Shown one piece after another: positions 9,024 to 20,166 of a stretch of 35,086 nt of DNA. The stretch is taken from positions 222,720 through 257,805 of the forward strand of contig RQSC01000022.1 in the NCBI GenBank assembly GCA_013416795.1. Reading direction: 5' to 3'. Every line of letters starts with the position of its first letter. Position 1 is the first letter of the stretch. A program made the position numbers and the translations under genes. This DNA comes from Prasinococcaceae sp. CCMP 1430. Its lineage: Eukaryota > Plantae > Prasinodermophyta. The notes under the pieces were generated by a model. It saw only the letters and a list, made by a program, of their open reading frames with translations. It searched no databases and had not been told where the DNA came from.

Positions 9024-11584
9024 CGCGCGTGTGTGTATGTGTGTGTGTGTGTGTGTGAGTGCGTGTGTGTCAGGACGTGTGCACGTGTGTGTGTGGTTGT
9101 GTCGGCAAACGTGCAAATGTTTGTGCGCGTGCGCGCGCGCGCACGTGTGCGCGCCGCACTCACGTGCTCCTCGCCGAACTCGGCCACGGCGCCGTTGTAC
9201 CCGCCCGCCACCGCCGCGCGCACGCGCGCGGCGTCCGCGTCGAGGTGCGCCAGGAAGTCCGAGTCGCTCGTGACGCCGTGCGAACGCTGCGCGTATGCGC
9301 GTGCACGAGTGTGTGCGTGTGCCAGATGCGTGTGTGCGAGTGTGTGTGCGAGTGTGTACCATGTGTGTGTGTGCGTGAGCGCATGCGTAGGCGTGTGTGT
9401 ATGCGTGCGTGTGCGTGTGCTCGCGTGCGTCAGATGCGTGTGCGTGTGTGTATGCGTGCGTGTGCGTGTGTGCGTGTGTGTGCGTGTGCCAGATGCGTGT
9501 GTGCGAGTGTGTGTGCGAGTGTGTACCATGTGTGTGTGTGCGTGAGCGCATGCGTAGGCGTGTGTGTATGCGTGCGTGTGCGTGTGCTCGCGTGCGTCAG
9601 ATGCGTGTGCGTATGTGTACGCGTGCGTGTGCGTGTGTGCGTGTGTGTGCGTGCGCGCGCGTCTCCGCGTGGCGCACCTGCGCTGGCCCGACCACCGCCT
9701 TTCGCGGATGCAACGCGGGCGAGGGGCGCGCGCGCGCCTGCCCAGACAGCGAGGACGCGTGCGAGCTGCCTGCATTTCCCGCGATGTGGATGTGCGCGGG
9801 CTGGACGGCCTTGCTCGAGCCCGAGCCTTTCTGGGCGGACGCCCCCGCGGCGGCCTTCCCCCCCGCCGCGCCCGCCGGCGGGAGTCCCCTCGCCACCGCC
9901 TTGGCGAGCGCCATCGCCTCCGCCGAGTCCCCCTGCTCGCGCACGAGGCGCGCCCACTCGCGCGGGAAGAGCTCCGCCAGGCTGATCACCATCTGCGCCC
10001 ACCGCTCCGCGAAGTCCTCCGCCTCCGCCTTCTCCACCGGGTTGAACATCCTGAAGCAGTCGTTGTTGTGCGCCCGCAGGTCGCCGTAGATCTCCCACGT
10101 GGACGAGAACGGCACGCCGTTGAGCTTGAACATGTGGTCCGACGCCGTGCCGTGCGCCAGGTAGCCCACGCTCGAGCCGCCCGAGCCCACCACGCACTTG
10201 CTCTTGCAGTGCCGCCTGTTGAGCTCGGCGAGCACCGGCGGCATGGCGACGCCCGCGCTGGCGTCCGTCACCTCCAGCGCGTGGTCCCACGGCAGGAACA
10301 TCGCCTCCATCCCCGAGTGCACGTTGATCCACGCGTGCGGCTTGAAGACCGACGCGAGCTCGTTGAGGATGTACGCCTCCGGCTCGGACAGCGGCGCCGT
10401 CCCGGGATACTCCTCGGCGGGGTCGTAGTCCTTCTCCTTGACGCCCCAGTCCACCTCGAAGTTGCGGTTGGTGTCCACGCCGCGCCCGTTCTTGCGCTCG
10501 CAGAGCTTGCCCGACTCCACCCTCGCGCGCCCGTTGACGTTCTCCAGCGGCACCACCACGAACGCGACGCCGCGCAGCGACGCGGGGACGTCGGCGGGCG
10601 ACGCCACGGAGTCGCCGCCCAGCGCCTCGAGGTGCTGCAGCAGCCGCAGGCACGTCTCCGAGGTGATGAGCTCCCGCCCGTGCTCGCCGTAGTTGAGCAG
10701 GATGCGCACGCGCGCGGCGGCGTCCTCGCCCGCGCCCGCGCTGAGCGTCGCCTCGGCCGTGCCCGCGCCCTCGCCCGCGCCGTCCCCCTGGGCGACGAAG
10801 TCGGCAGCGGCGCCGCCGGGGACGATGGTGAGCACCGGGAAGGCCACGGAGTAGCCCCCCTGCTCGCGCTCAAGCGTGTGCGAGCGCATCGTGCGCGGGT
10901 TGCGCGCGACGATGCGCGCGACCTGTGTGTGTGTGCGCGCACACGCGCGTGTGTGTGCGTGCGTGCGCGTGCGCGTGCGTGGTGTGTGTGCGTGTGTGTC
11001 AGCACGCATGCGCAGCTGCAAGCGCACTGCAAGCGCGTGTATGCATGTGCGCATGTGTGTGCGCACGCGCGCGCGTGCGAACGCGCGCGTGCGCGCGCGC
11101 GTGGGCAGCGCCTCCGACCTCCTCGAAGAGCCTCTCGGTGGTGTGGTAGACGGAGAAGTCGGGCTTGGCGATCGGCGCCGCGCCCACGCGCGCGCGCAGC
11201 GCGCGGCGCCCGGTGGCGAGTGCTGTGCGTGTGCGCCAGGTGCGCGCGCGCGCGTGTGCGCGTGCGTGGGCGCGTGTGTGAGCGCGTGTGTAGGCGTGCG
11301 CGTGGGTGCGTGCTCGCGTGTGTCAGATGTGTGTGCGTGTGTGTATGCGTATGTGTGTGTGGGTGTGTGTATGTGTGCGTGTGTGTGCGCGCGTGTGCAT
11401 GGCGCACCTGCGTCCGCGTCCGCGTCTGCGCGAGGGAGGGCGCCGCGCCGCGCGACGACGTCATCGATGACAACCGCAGCCTCGCCCTCGCCCTCGCCCA
11501 GCGCCGCGGCGGCGGAGGCCGCGAGCGCAGCTGTCGCGACGAGCGTGTGTGTGCGAGGCTGTAAGCCAGGTGTGTACGCGCCAT
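8744..11584 (-). CDS. M14-family zinc carboxypeptidase with signal-peptide-like N-terminus and C-terminal TM helix (5 exons)
   Basis: Exons: about 11584-11408, 11222-11119, 10922-9678, 9286-9164, 8887-8744, joined in frame by GT-AG introns. M14 motifs: YHT, GEHGRE (HxxE), RKN..VDTNRNF, INVHSG, WEIY. TM segment [24 protein letters not shown]. Using the ATG at 11584 needs a 2-nt slip in a CA run (probable assembly error), so the start is uncertain. Confidence 0.85.
9311..9644. repeat. 167-bp tandem duplication inside carboxypeptidase intron 3
   Basis: Anchor motifs recur exactly 167 bp apart (CAGATG at 9323/9490 and at 9431/9598). Confidence 0.9.
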
Positions 11585-11640
11585 CGCGCGAGCGAGCGCG
11601 AGCACGCGGTGTGGCGCGCGGGCAGGCACGCGCGCACACA

Positions 11641-11672
<32 letters not shown>

Positions 11673-11694
11673 TGACCGCACACACACACACGAC

Positions 11695-11729
<35 letters not shown>

Positions 11730-12950
11730 CGTGCAGCTCTGCTGCGGCCACCAATTCGGTGCGCACCGTCGCACGCGAACGCGCGCTCAACCGCGCGGGC
11801 CCGCTCAAATCCCCATATGGATTTTGAAAAGAGCATAAAGCTTTACTAGATTCGATTTGACCATGAACCGTCGGAGTTTGTTACAGAAATTCTGTGCGTT
11901 GGCGAAGGCTCCTCGTGGTGCGAACCCGCGCCATTAAATGCATTGAAGAGTGCCCGATCACGGCCATAGCCACCGCAGTGGCATTGCGCCAGAGCGCTTC
12001 CTGCATCCTCACCATCCTTTCGGACGTGTCCGAGAATGACATGCGAAGGTCGCCGTCGCGGGTCGACTTGGCCCGCGCCGCCTGAGCTCACCTTGGCGGA
12101 GAAATACAGATCCACGCTGAGCCCGGGCGCGTCGCGCTCCCCGTCGCGTTGCGCGCACTCGTCCGGTCCGCGGCGCCGCCCGAGGGTCATGTGAGGCAGT
12201 CGAGAGGCGAAGAGCAGTGGCTAGCCACTGCGCAAGTACACCAGGCGACAAATGCCTATAAGCGTGAAAGGCGCCGCTCCTGTACGCATAGCACTCTTTC
12301 TTGGTTTGGCAGCCATCGTGAGCCCTGAATGTTGCGAACACATCAGGATGGATGTGAGTACTTTCGCACGGCTGCGGACTTATGGTCGTGCTTCTAGACG
12401 CGACTCATGAGCTCGCCGAGCAGCTGCAGCATGTGCTCCGGCGCAACGTCGGTGAGCACAACCGTCGACGGATGCGGCACGTGGCAACGCCGCGTTTAGC
12501 CCTCCGGGCTCCAACCTGTGTTTGGAGCCCTCCGGGCTCAAAATAAACCCTGATCATCACCCCAAAATTCACCCCAAACCTTTTTTTTTTTTTTGGCGCG
12601 CGCACTACCGAATGCATCCGAATATGAATATTGTGCGCGCGATCGTGCCGGCGATCGCGCAGCAGGCGCCACACCGCTGCCCTCCCCCCCCCCCCTCCCC
12701 CGCTGTCCACGTGCCCGCGGCTCCCTCGCGCGCAGCTCGGGGTGCGGAGGGGCGCGCGGCGCCGCGCTGCGCGAGCGCGCGCGAAGGGGTGTGGTTGAGG
12801 AGAGGCGGGGAGGCCGCGGCGCTTTCGCCGCGGGGCGATCGGGGCGGTTCGAAAACGCGCGGCGGCGCTCCCCCTCGGCCCGCCTCCCTCCTCAGCCCCG
12901 CCGTCGCCGCCTCCGCGCGCCCGCCGGCCTGCGTGCACGCGCGCGACGCG

Positions 12951-15806
12951 ATGCCCAAGGACATCCGCTCGTTCTTCGGTGCCAAGCCGGCCGGCAAGCC
13001 CAAGGCCGCGGCGCCGGCGCCGAAGCCCGCCGCCGCCCCCGAGGCGTCGACGCCGAGGAAACGCGAGGTCGACCTCACCGTCGCGAGCGACGACGATGAC
13101 GACGGTGACGACGACTTCGTGATTGACGAGAGGCCTCGCAAGCAGGCGAAGTCGAAGGCCGGGGGCGCGCGCGCCTCGCCCAAGCAAACGCCGAAGCGAT
13201 CGCCCAAGCAGCCTCCCTCGCAGCCCGCCGTCGCGTCGCCCACGCTCAACGAGCCGATGCCCTCGCCGCCGGAGCTCGCGGGCGCGCCGGCGGTGACGGG
13301 CGCCGAGGCGCGCCGCGCCAAGCTCGACGCGCTGTGGCACGCGTACTTCGACGCGCCCGGCGGCTTCTTCGACAACCGCGCGTCCAAGTCCAACGAGCGC
13401 GCGCCCGACTTCAAGCAGAAGGGCACGGGCGAGGCGCTGTGGGTGCGCGGAGCGCCCGCGTGGGCGCGCGCGAAGCTCGCCGAGGCCGAGAGCGGCGCTC
13501 CGCAGCAGCAGCGGAACGGCGGCGGCCCGGCCGTCCGGCCGCGCCGACCGGCGCGCCCGCCAACGCCGCCGGCCGCCCGCACTGGATGCGCGCCTCCGAC
13601 GAGGACATGCGGCCGCCTCGCAAGGGCCAAAAGCCGCCGCCCCCGCGCGGCCAGCACGACGCCCTCACCGAGATGCGGCCCGCGCGCAAGGGCGAGGCGC
13701 CGTCGCCGCAGCCGCTGACCTTCGTGATTACGGGCATCATGGAGAGCCTGGAGCGCGACGAGATGGAGGACTATATCAAGCGCCACGGCGGACAGACGCG
13801 CTCCTCCGTCTCGGGAAAGACGACGCACCTCGTCAAGGGCGGCGAGCCTTTCTCGGAGGGCAAGCTGGCCAAGGCGGTGGAGCTCAAGCTGCCCATCCTC
13901 GACGAGGACGGCGTCATCGCGCTCGTGCTCAGGGCGGGCCCGCCGCAGGCCGAGCCCGCGCCGGCGCCCGCCGCTGCGCCGGTGGTGGCGCCGGCTGGCC
14001 GCCGGCGGCGGAGGCGCGGCGGGCGCGGGGGGGCAGTCTGCCGGCGGCGCCGCGGGCGAGCTCTGGACGGACAAGTGGGCTCCTCGGGAGTTGGACGACC
14101 TCGTGGGCGGCGCGGCCAATGCCAAGGCCATCGGGCGCTGGCTGAATGAGTGGGACATGAACTTCAACAAGAGGAAGATCGTCCCCAAGACGAGCGACAA
14201 GAACGGGCCGAAGAAGGCGGTGCTGATGAGCGGCCCGCCCGGCATCGGGAAGACGTCGATGGCCAAGCTCATCTCCAAGCAGTTCGGCTACAGCGTCATG
14301 GAGGTCAACGCGAGCGACGCGCGCGGCAAGGCCAACGGCGACGTCCTCAAGGGCGTGGGGGGCTCCACCGCCAACCGGGTGCGCGAGCTCGTCACCAATC
14401 GCGGCCTGTCGTTCGGCAAGGCGGGCATGGGCAAGACCACCGAAGGCAAGACGCTCCTCATCATGGACGAAGTGGACGGCATGTCCGCCGGCGACCGAGG
14501 CGGCGTGGCCGACCTCATCAAGACCATCGGGCTGAGCAAGATGCCGATCATATGCATCTGCAATGACAAGTACTCGCAGAAGCTGCGCTCGCTGCAGGGG
14601 CACTGCATGGACATGACCTTCCGCAGGCCTACCAAGCAGATGGTCGCCAAGCGCCTCGGTCACGTCGCCCGCGCCGAAGGCCTCCAATGCGATGAGATGG
14701 CGCTGCAGCAGCTCGCGGAGGAGTGCAACACCGACATACGCCTCAGCCTCAACATGCTTCAGATGTTCGCGCGGCGCGCGAGGGTCATGCGCTTCGATGA
14801 CGTGAAGCAGCAGTTCGCCGCGGGAGGGAAGGACGTGGACATGTCCATCTTCACCATCATGGACCAGCTAATGGGCGCGCACGCCGCCACCATGACCCTC
14901 AACCAGCGGCTCGACCTGGTGTTCCACGACGCGGACCTCATGCCCCTCTTCGTCGCGGACAACTACATCAACTACATGACCAGCAAACGGCAGGACGAGG
15001 CGTTCCGGATGGAGCGGTGCGCGCGCGCGGCGGACGCCGTTTCGCAGAGCGACGTCATCGCGCGCAAAGTACGGGCGGAGCAGATGTGGGCCCTCATGCC
15101 GCTGCAGCTGGCGCTGGGGTGTGTCGAGCCGGCGGCGCTCATGCGCGGCGGTCGCGAGGCCTTCGGGCAGTACGACTTCAGGCCGCGCTTCCCGGCGTGG
15201 CTCGGGAAGATGTCCTCTACCAACAAGAACACGCGCTTGCTGCAAGAGCTCAACACCCACATGCTGTGCACGGGCGAGTACCACGGCACCCCGCTGTCGA
15301 TGCGCATGGACTTCGTGCCCACGCTGCGGGCCCTCCTGTCCGCGCCGCTCAGGGATCGGTCCATGGGCCCCGAGGAGGCCGTGCAGCAGGTGCTGGAGAA
15401 GCTGGACTCCTATTCGCTCACCAAGGACGACTTCGACACGCTCATGGGCGAGTTCCAGCTGGCACGCGGCAGGAAGAAGGACGCGCTCGAGGGCGTCGAG
15501 TCCAAGACAAAGGCGGCGCTCACGAGGCAGTACAACGCCGGCGGGCACCACATGAAGTCGTCGGTGATGATGAAGGACGGCGTGACGAAGGGCAAGAAGC
15601 GCAAGATCAAGGCGGAGGCCAACCCGGATCGCGCGGGAGACAATGACGTGGTTGCCATGGACGACGCCCCGCCTGACGCGCTCGAGGAGGACGACGAGGA
15701 CAGCGACGGAGACGCCATCGCGGGGCTCATCAGCAAACGCGGCAAGGGCAAGGCGAAAGGCAAGGGCAAGGCGGCGGCGAAGAAGCCCAAAAAGGCCAAG
15801 AAGTGA
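12951..15806 (+). CDS. RFC1: Replication factor C subunit 1, with N-terminal PDF motif, BRCT, AAA+ and RFC1 C-terminal domains; two frame discontinuities
   Basis: N-terminus MPKDIRSFFG. BRCT LTFVITGIMESLERDEMEDYIKRHGG..SVSGKT at about 13715-13930. ELWTDKWAP precedes Walker A GPPGIGKT, then EVNASD, Walker B MDEVDGMS and PIICICND. Acidic and basic tail. The frame shifts -1 near 13530 and +1 near 14000. Confidence 0.93.
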
Positions 15807-15873
15807 CTGGCGCGCATTTATAAGATAATGGAAATTCGGCGGCACGCGCTCGCGGCCGCGCGGCTGCGCCTCC

Positions 15874-17383
15874 TCAGTCGTCGGCGTTGCGCCCGCCTTT
15901 CCCCTTCTTGCCGTAGGTGCGCCCCATGGCCTTGTGCTTCTCGCTGAGGCCGCGCTGCACGTGTCGCAGCTTCTTCTGCTCGCGCGTGTACGCCGCGCGC
16001 GCCTCGATGTCGCGAGCGTCGCGCTTGGCCTTGGCCTTGTTGCGCCGATCCTGGGCCTCCCTCGCGCGCACGCGGCTCTGGTTGCGGATGGCGTTGAGCT
16101 GCGCGACCAGCGTGGCCGCCTTGCGCTCGTCCTTGTCCATGACCACCGCGCGGCGCTGCTCCAGGGTCTGGCGCTTGCGCTTCTTCTCGATCTTTGGCTT
16201 GGACTTGAACGGCAGCTCCGCCTGCAGCGCCTTGGGCACCTTGAGCGACGAGAACTTGCGCGGCGCGCGGTCCACTGCCTTGTACACCGAGTCAGCGTTG
16301 AGCGGCGGCGCCTCGCCCGCCTCGCGGCGCATCTGCCCGACGGTGCGCATGCCGCTCCACTCGACGCCGGGCGCCGCGAGCATGGTGTCGGTGGGCACGC
16401 AAAACCTTGGCACGTCAACGGGCACCCACGCGCGCAGGAAGACGATGTCCGAGAGCAGCAGCTTGTCCTCGAACGTGCAGCGGCACGCGCCCTCGCCGCC
16501 GCCGTCGGTGGTGCGCAGGGCCTTCTTGATCTGGCCGCGCACGCCCGACACCGTGCGCACGCTCGCGCCCTCGAACTTGGCCACCTCGAGCGCGCTGCTG
16601 AACATGTCCTTGATGAAGGCGGTGTTCTTGAACGTCTTGAAGGGGTAGCCTACGAGCTTCAGCTTCTTCACCACGCGGACCTGGGAGTCGCGCTCCAGCG
16701 TCACGCCCGTGGCGGTCACGCGGAAGCCGCGCGCATTGGAGCCGAGCGTCGAAAAGCAAATCAAGCCGGTGTTCTGCGGGACCACCGGACCGAAGAAGCT
16801 CGCGAGGCAGTGCATGTGCTCAGGCGTGTACTTGAGCATTCGCTGGCGACCGTTGGAGTCCTCCGTGGCGAAGAGCGGGAGCGTCTGGAAGCGGCGCCAG
16901 CCGCACGACATGATCACGGGATCGCGATTCTTCAGAACCTTGCGCGCCCAGCGGTGCTTCTTGAAGCGCGCCTGCATGAAGCCGTAGCCCTCCTCCTGAG
17001 GGGGCACGCCGCCCAACACCATGGGGCGTCTGGCGTCGAAGTGCTCCACCAGCTCCTTGGGCATGCCGTGCAGCAGCAGGCGCACGTACGCGCCCGGGCG
17101 GTGGCCCTCCAGCTGCACGCGCCGCTGCGCGTCGAGGCCCGCGGTGATGGCCAGGCCGCGCGCCTGGTCCTCCTCGAGGCGCCTCTTCTCCTGGGCGAAC
17201 CACGTCTGCTCTTCGGGATCCTCCACGTCGTCGTCCGCCTCGGCCGCGCCGCCGGCGGCTTGATCGCCCCCGCCGCCTCCCGCCACGTCCGTGTCCGACT
17301 TGAACCCACCCGCGTCGTAGGCGCTGTTGAAAGACGCCTTCTTCGCGAGTTTGGCGGCGCGTCGCAGCGCCGCCTCGTCTTCA

Positions 17384-17417
<34 letters not shown>

Positions 17418-18072
17418 TTGACGCACCCGCCCCGAACTTCTCGCCAGTCTCCATGTCCTCGAAGTCTCCGTACACCGCCTCGCCATCGTCGTCGTCCCCG
17501 ACGCCATCCGCAAGGCCGAGCTTGCGCCGCTCCGCCGCTGCCCAGTCGCCGGTGACGAACCGATTGCGCAGCGTCTCGATGGTCTCGTCGGGGTCCCAGC
17601 CGCGCGACTCGTGCCGCACGCGCGACGAGTCCGGCGCGTCCACCCCGCCGCCGGCCGCCGGTGCATTGGACGCCGCACGCCCGCCCTCGTCGGCGGAGCC
17701 CTTGAGCACGAAGAGGTCGTCGCCCTCCTCGTCGTCCTCGCTCTCGTCGAGCCCCGCCGCGGCCGCGGAGCCACCGTCCTGCGACACCTTGCCCGATCCA
17801 GCGAGGCTGCTCTCGCCATACACGACTTTCATGAGGTCCACGCGCCCCAGGGCGGCTGACGCGCGCGCGGCCATGCCCGCCTTCCAGCGCGCCGACGCGC
17901 CGCCGTCGGCGTCGTCGTAGTCACCCTCGTCCTCGTCCTCGTCGTCGCTGCTGCCCGCGAACGCGAGCTCCTCGTCGCCCCCCTCGCCGCCTGCGGCCCC
18001 GATGCCCGGCAGCGCGCGGCGGCGCACGCGGCCATCGCCCGCCACCACCTCCGCGTCAACGCCGGCGCCGTA

Positions 18073-18112
<40 letters not shown>

Positions 18113-19521
18113 CCATCGCTGCCGTCGCTGCCGTCGCTGCCGTCGCTGTCGTACTCGTCGTCCGACGCGCCCGAGACGTCATCGCCGTCCTCATCGTCAC
18201 CCTCACCCTCGTCGCCACTCCCGTCGAGGGCCGGCGCCGCGATGCGCCTGCCGCCGCTGATGAGCTGGATATCGGCGCCCTGCAGCCTGTCGTTGATTGT
18301 GGTGGAGGCGTCCTGTAGCGCGTGCACCATGCCCACACCCTCGTCGGGCTCCGCGTCGTCCGCCCCGGCGGCGCCGTCTGCATCGCCCTGCTGCTGCTGG
18401 CGCTTGGAAAAGTTGACCTTCCAGTCGTCGATGTTGACGTACACGCCGTCCTTGTCGTAGAGCATCTCGCCCACGTTGCCCATGGGCGCGTAGATGAGTT
18501 GCTCCTTCTCTACGAGGCGGCGCTTCTTCGCCTTCTCGGGCAGCGGGCAGGGGTCGGGCAGCGCGGCGACGGCGGCGGTGCCGTAGTCCCCCGCGCCGGC
18601 GATGTGCACGCGCGCGCCGGCCTTGAGGTTGGCGCCGCGCAGGTAGCCGAAGACGGCCACCGAGCGGTTGGCCGTGGGGTCGGCCTCCACGAGCGCCGGG
18701 TCGGTGACGTCCTCGAAGCGGTCGGCGAGCACGTAGGGGTGCGCCAGCCGCCAGCTGAGCGGCCGCACCTTGGCCAGGCTCACGAAGCGCGCCAGGTTGA
18801 GCGTCTCGCGCCGCGGGTAGCGCCCGCCCGCGCCCAGGCCCGACAGGTAGAACAGCTTGGCGCCGTCGTAGATCTCCCCCCAGAAGCGCTGCTTCAGGCG
18901 CTTCTTCACCTTCTTAAGGCGCTTGGAGTCCTTGAAGCCGTCCAGGTGCGTGAGCACACCCATCACCTTGGGAAAGCCGTGCGTCTGCAGCACGTTGAGA
19001 AACTCGAAGGTCTCCATCTCGAAGCCGAACGAGCCGTCGATGGCCAGCAGCGCGAGGTCGGCCACCTTGCAGCAATCGATCATGCCAGGCAGGTCGTCGG
19101 GGCACTCCACGAAGGTCACGCGGCGCTTCTTGCCCGCGACGATGGTGACCGGCCCCACGACGTCACGCAGGCCATGCTTTGTGAAGTGCTTTACCAGCGA
19201 CTTGATGATGGTGCTCTTGCCGACGCCGGGGGGGCCTTGCACGACGACCGTGAGCGGCGGCGGGTCGGCGTCGACGGCCGCCTCGACGACGGGCGCGTGC
19301 AGCCGCCGCTGCGCTCGCTCGCTCGCGCGGTGCGCGCGCGCCTTGGCGCGCCTGCCGGAGAACTCGAGCTCCTTCTTGGAGTTGCCCGTGCGGTCGACGG
19401 TGTCCACGCCGCGCCTCTTCTTGTCGGCGAGCTTGCGCTTGTCCGCCTTGCGCCCCGCCAGCCGCGCGCGGTGCGCCTTGGACGTCTTGTCGAGCGCGCG
19501 CACGTTGAAGACGTCGCCCAT
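15874..19521 (-). CDS. BMS1: Ribosome biogenesis GTPase BMS1 (intronless, 1215 aa)
   Basis: [88 protein letters not shown] and [16 protein letters not shown]; long acidic central insert. Confidence 0.97.
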
Positions 19522-19556
19522 CGCGGCTGCCGGCCCGCGCGCGCGCGCGCGCGCGC

Positions 19557-19569
19557 GGGTTTAGGGTTT
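19557..19569 (-). promoter_or_regulatory. Telo-box AAACCCTAAACCC about 40 nt upstream of the BMS1 ATG
   Basis: Exact AAACCCTAA on the BMS1 sense strand. Telo-boxes are established promoter elements of ribosome-biogenesis genes in plants. Confidence 0.65.
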
Positions 19570-19971
19570 CCGTTTCAGGGTGCGCATCTCGCGGAGAAGC
19601 CACCATTTCGTCGCGGACTTCCGCCATTGCGCGGACGTCTCGCCGAAATACTTTGTGTGATTCTCGAGAAGGCACTTTACGGAATAGTATTTGAGATGGG
19701 TTCGAACGCGCCACCGCCGGCGCGCGGGGCGCGCGGGCGCCGCGCGGAGTTTCGCGGAGTCGCCTCCAAACCTATCATACAATAAATAAATTATGGACAA
19801 ATATAGAACATGTAACAAAAAGACGGAATAAAAATGGTTTGCAGCGTTTGAGTTGAGGTTAGGGATGTGTGGCGCGCGCGCGCGCGCGCGCGCGCGCGGC
19901 CGAACCTCAAACCGCGCCGTCCCCCAACCCCAAGTCTGCCGCCCCAAGCAATGCAATGTGACGCGTGATAT

Positions 19972-19980
19972 AAACCCTAA
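19972..19980 (+). promoter_or_regulatory. Telo-box followed by a (GC)n tract; probable divergent promoter of a gene lost in the 20163 gap
   Basis: AAACCCTAA followed by a GC-alternating run, mirroring the BMS1 leader on the other strand. Confidence 0.45.
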
Positions 19981-20166
19981 TGACCCACACCGCAAACGCG
20001 CGCGGCCGCGCGCGCGCGCGCGCGGGCGCGCGCGGCCGCGCGCACCCAAACCTCTCTCCGGTGGCTCCCGGGGTGAATTCGCGTCATTTCCAATGTGATT
20101 TAAACCCTCTTTACATTGACCCTAACGAGGTCGCCCGCGGCGCGCGCGCGCGCGCGCGCGCGNNNN

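Noticed and set aside
4992-11838. Many long ORFs rich in HT, CV or RA dipeptides
   Set aside because: They are translations of (CA)n, (GT)n and (GC)n intronic repeats, which rarely contain stops.
13500-14040. Programmed ribosomal frameshifting in RFC1
   Set aside because: No slippery heptamer is visible at either shift; indel errors or short introns are more parsimonious.
18073-18150. (GAC)n and GSD repeats in BMS1
   Set aside because: Ordinary acidic low-complexity insert typical of BMS1.
12405-19785. Long antisense or alternative-frame ORFs over RFC1 and BMS1
   Set aside because: Expected shadows of high-GC3 coding sequence; no recognisable domains.
20110-20115. Minus-strand TGTAA as the poly(A) signal of the C10orf88-like gene
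   Set aside because: It lies across the 20163-20166 N junction, in sequence that looks like a plus-strand promoter.
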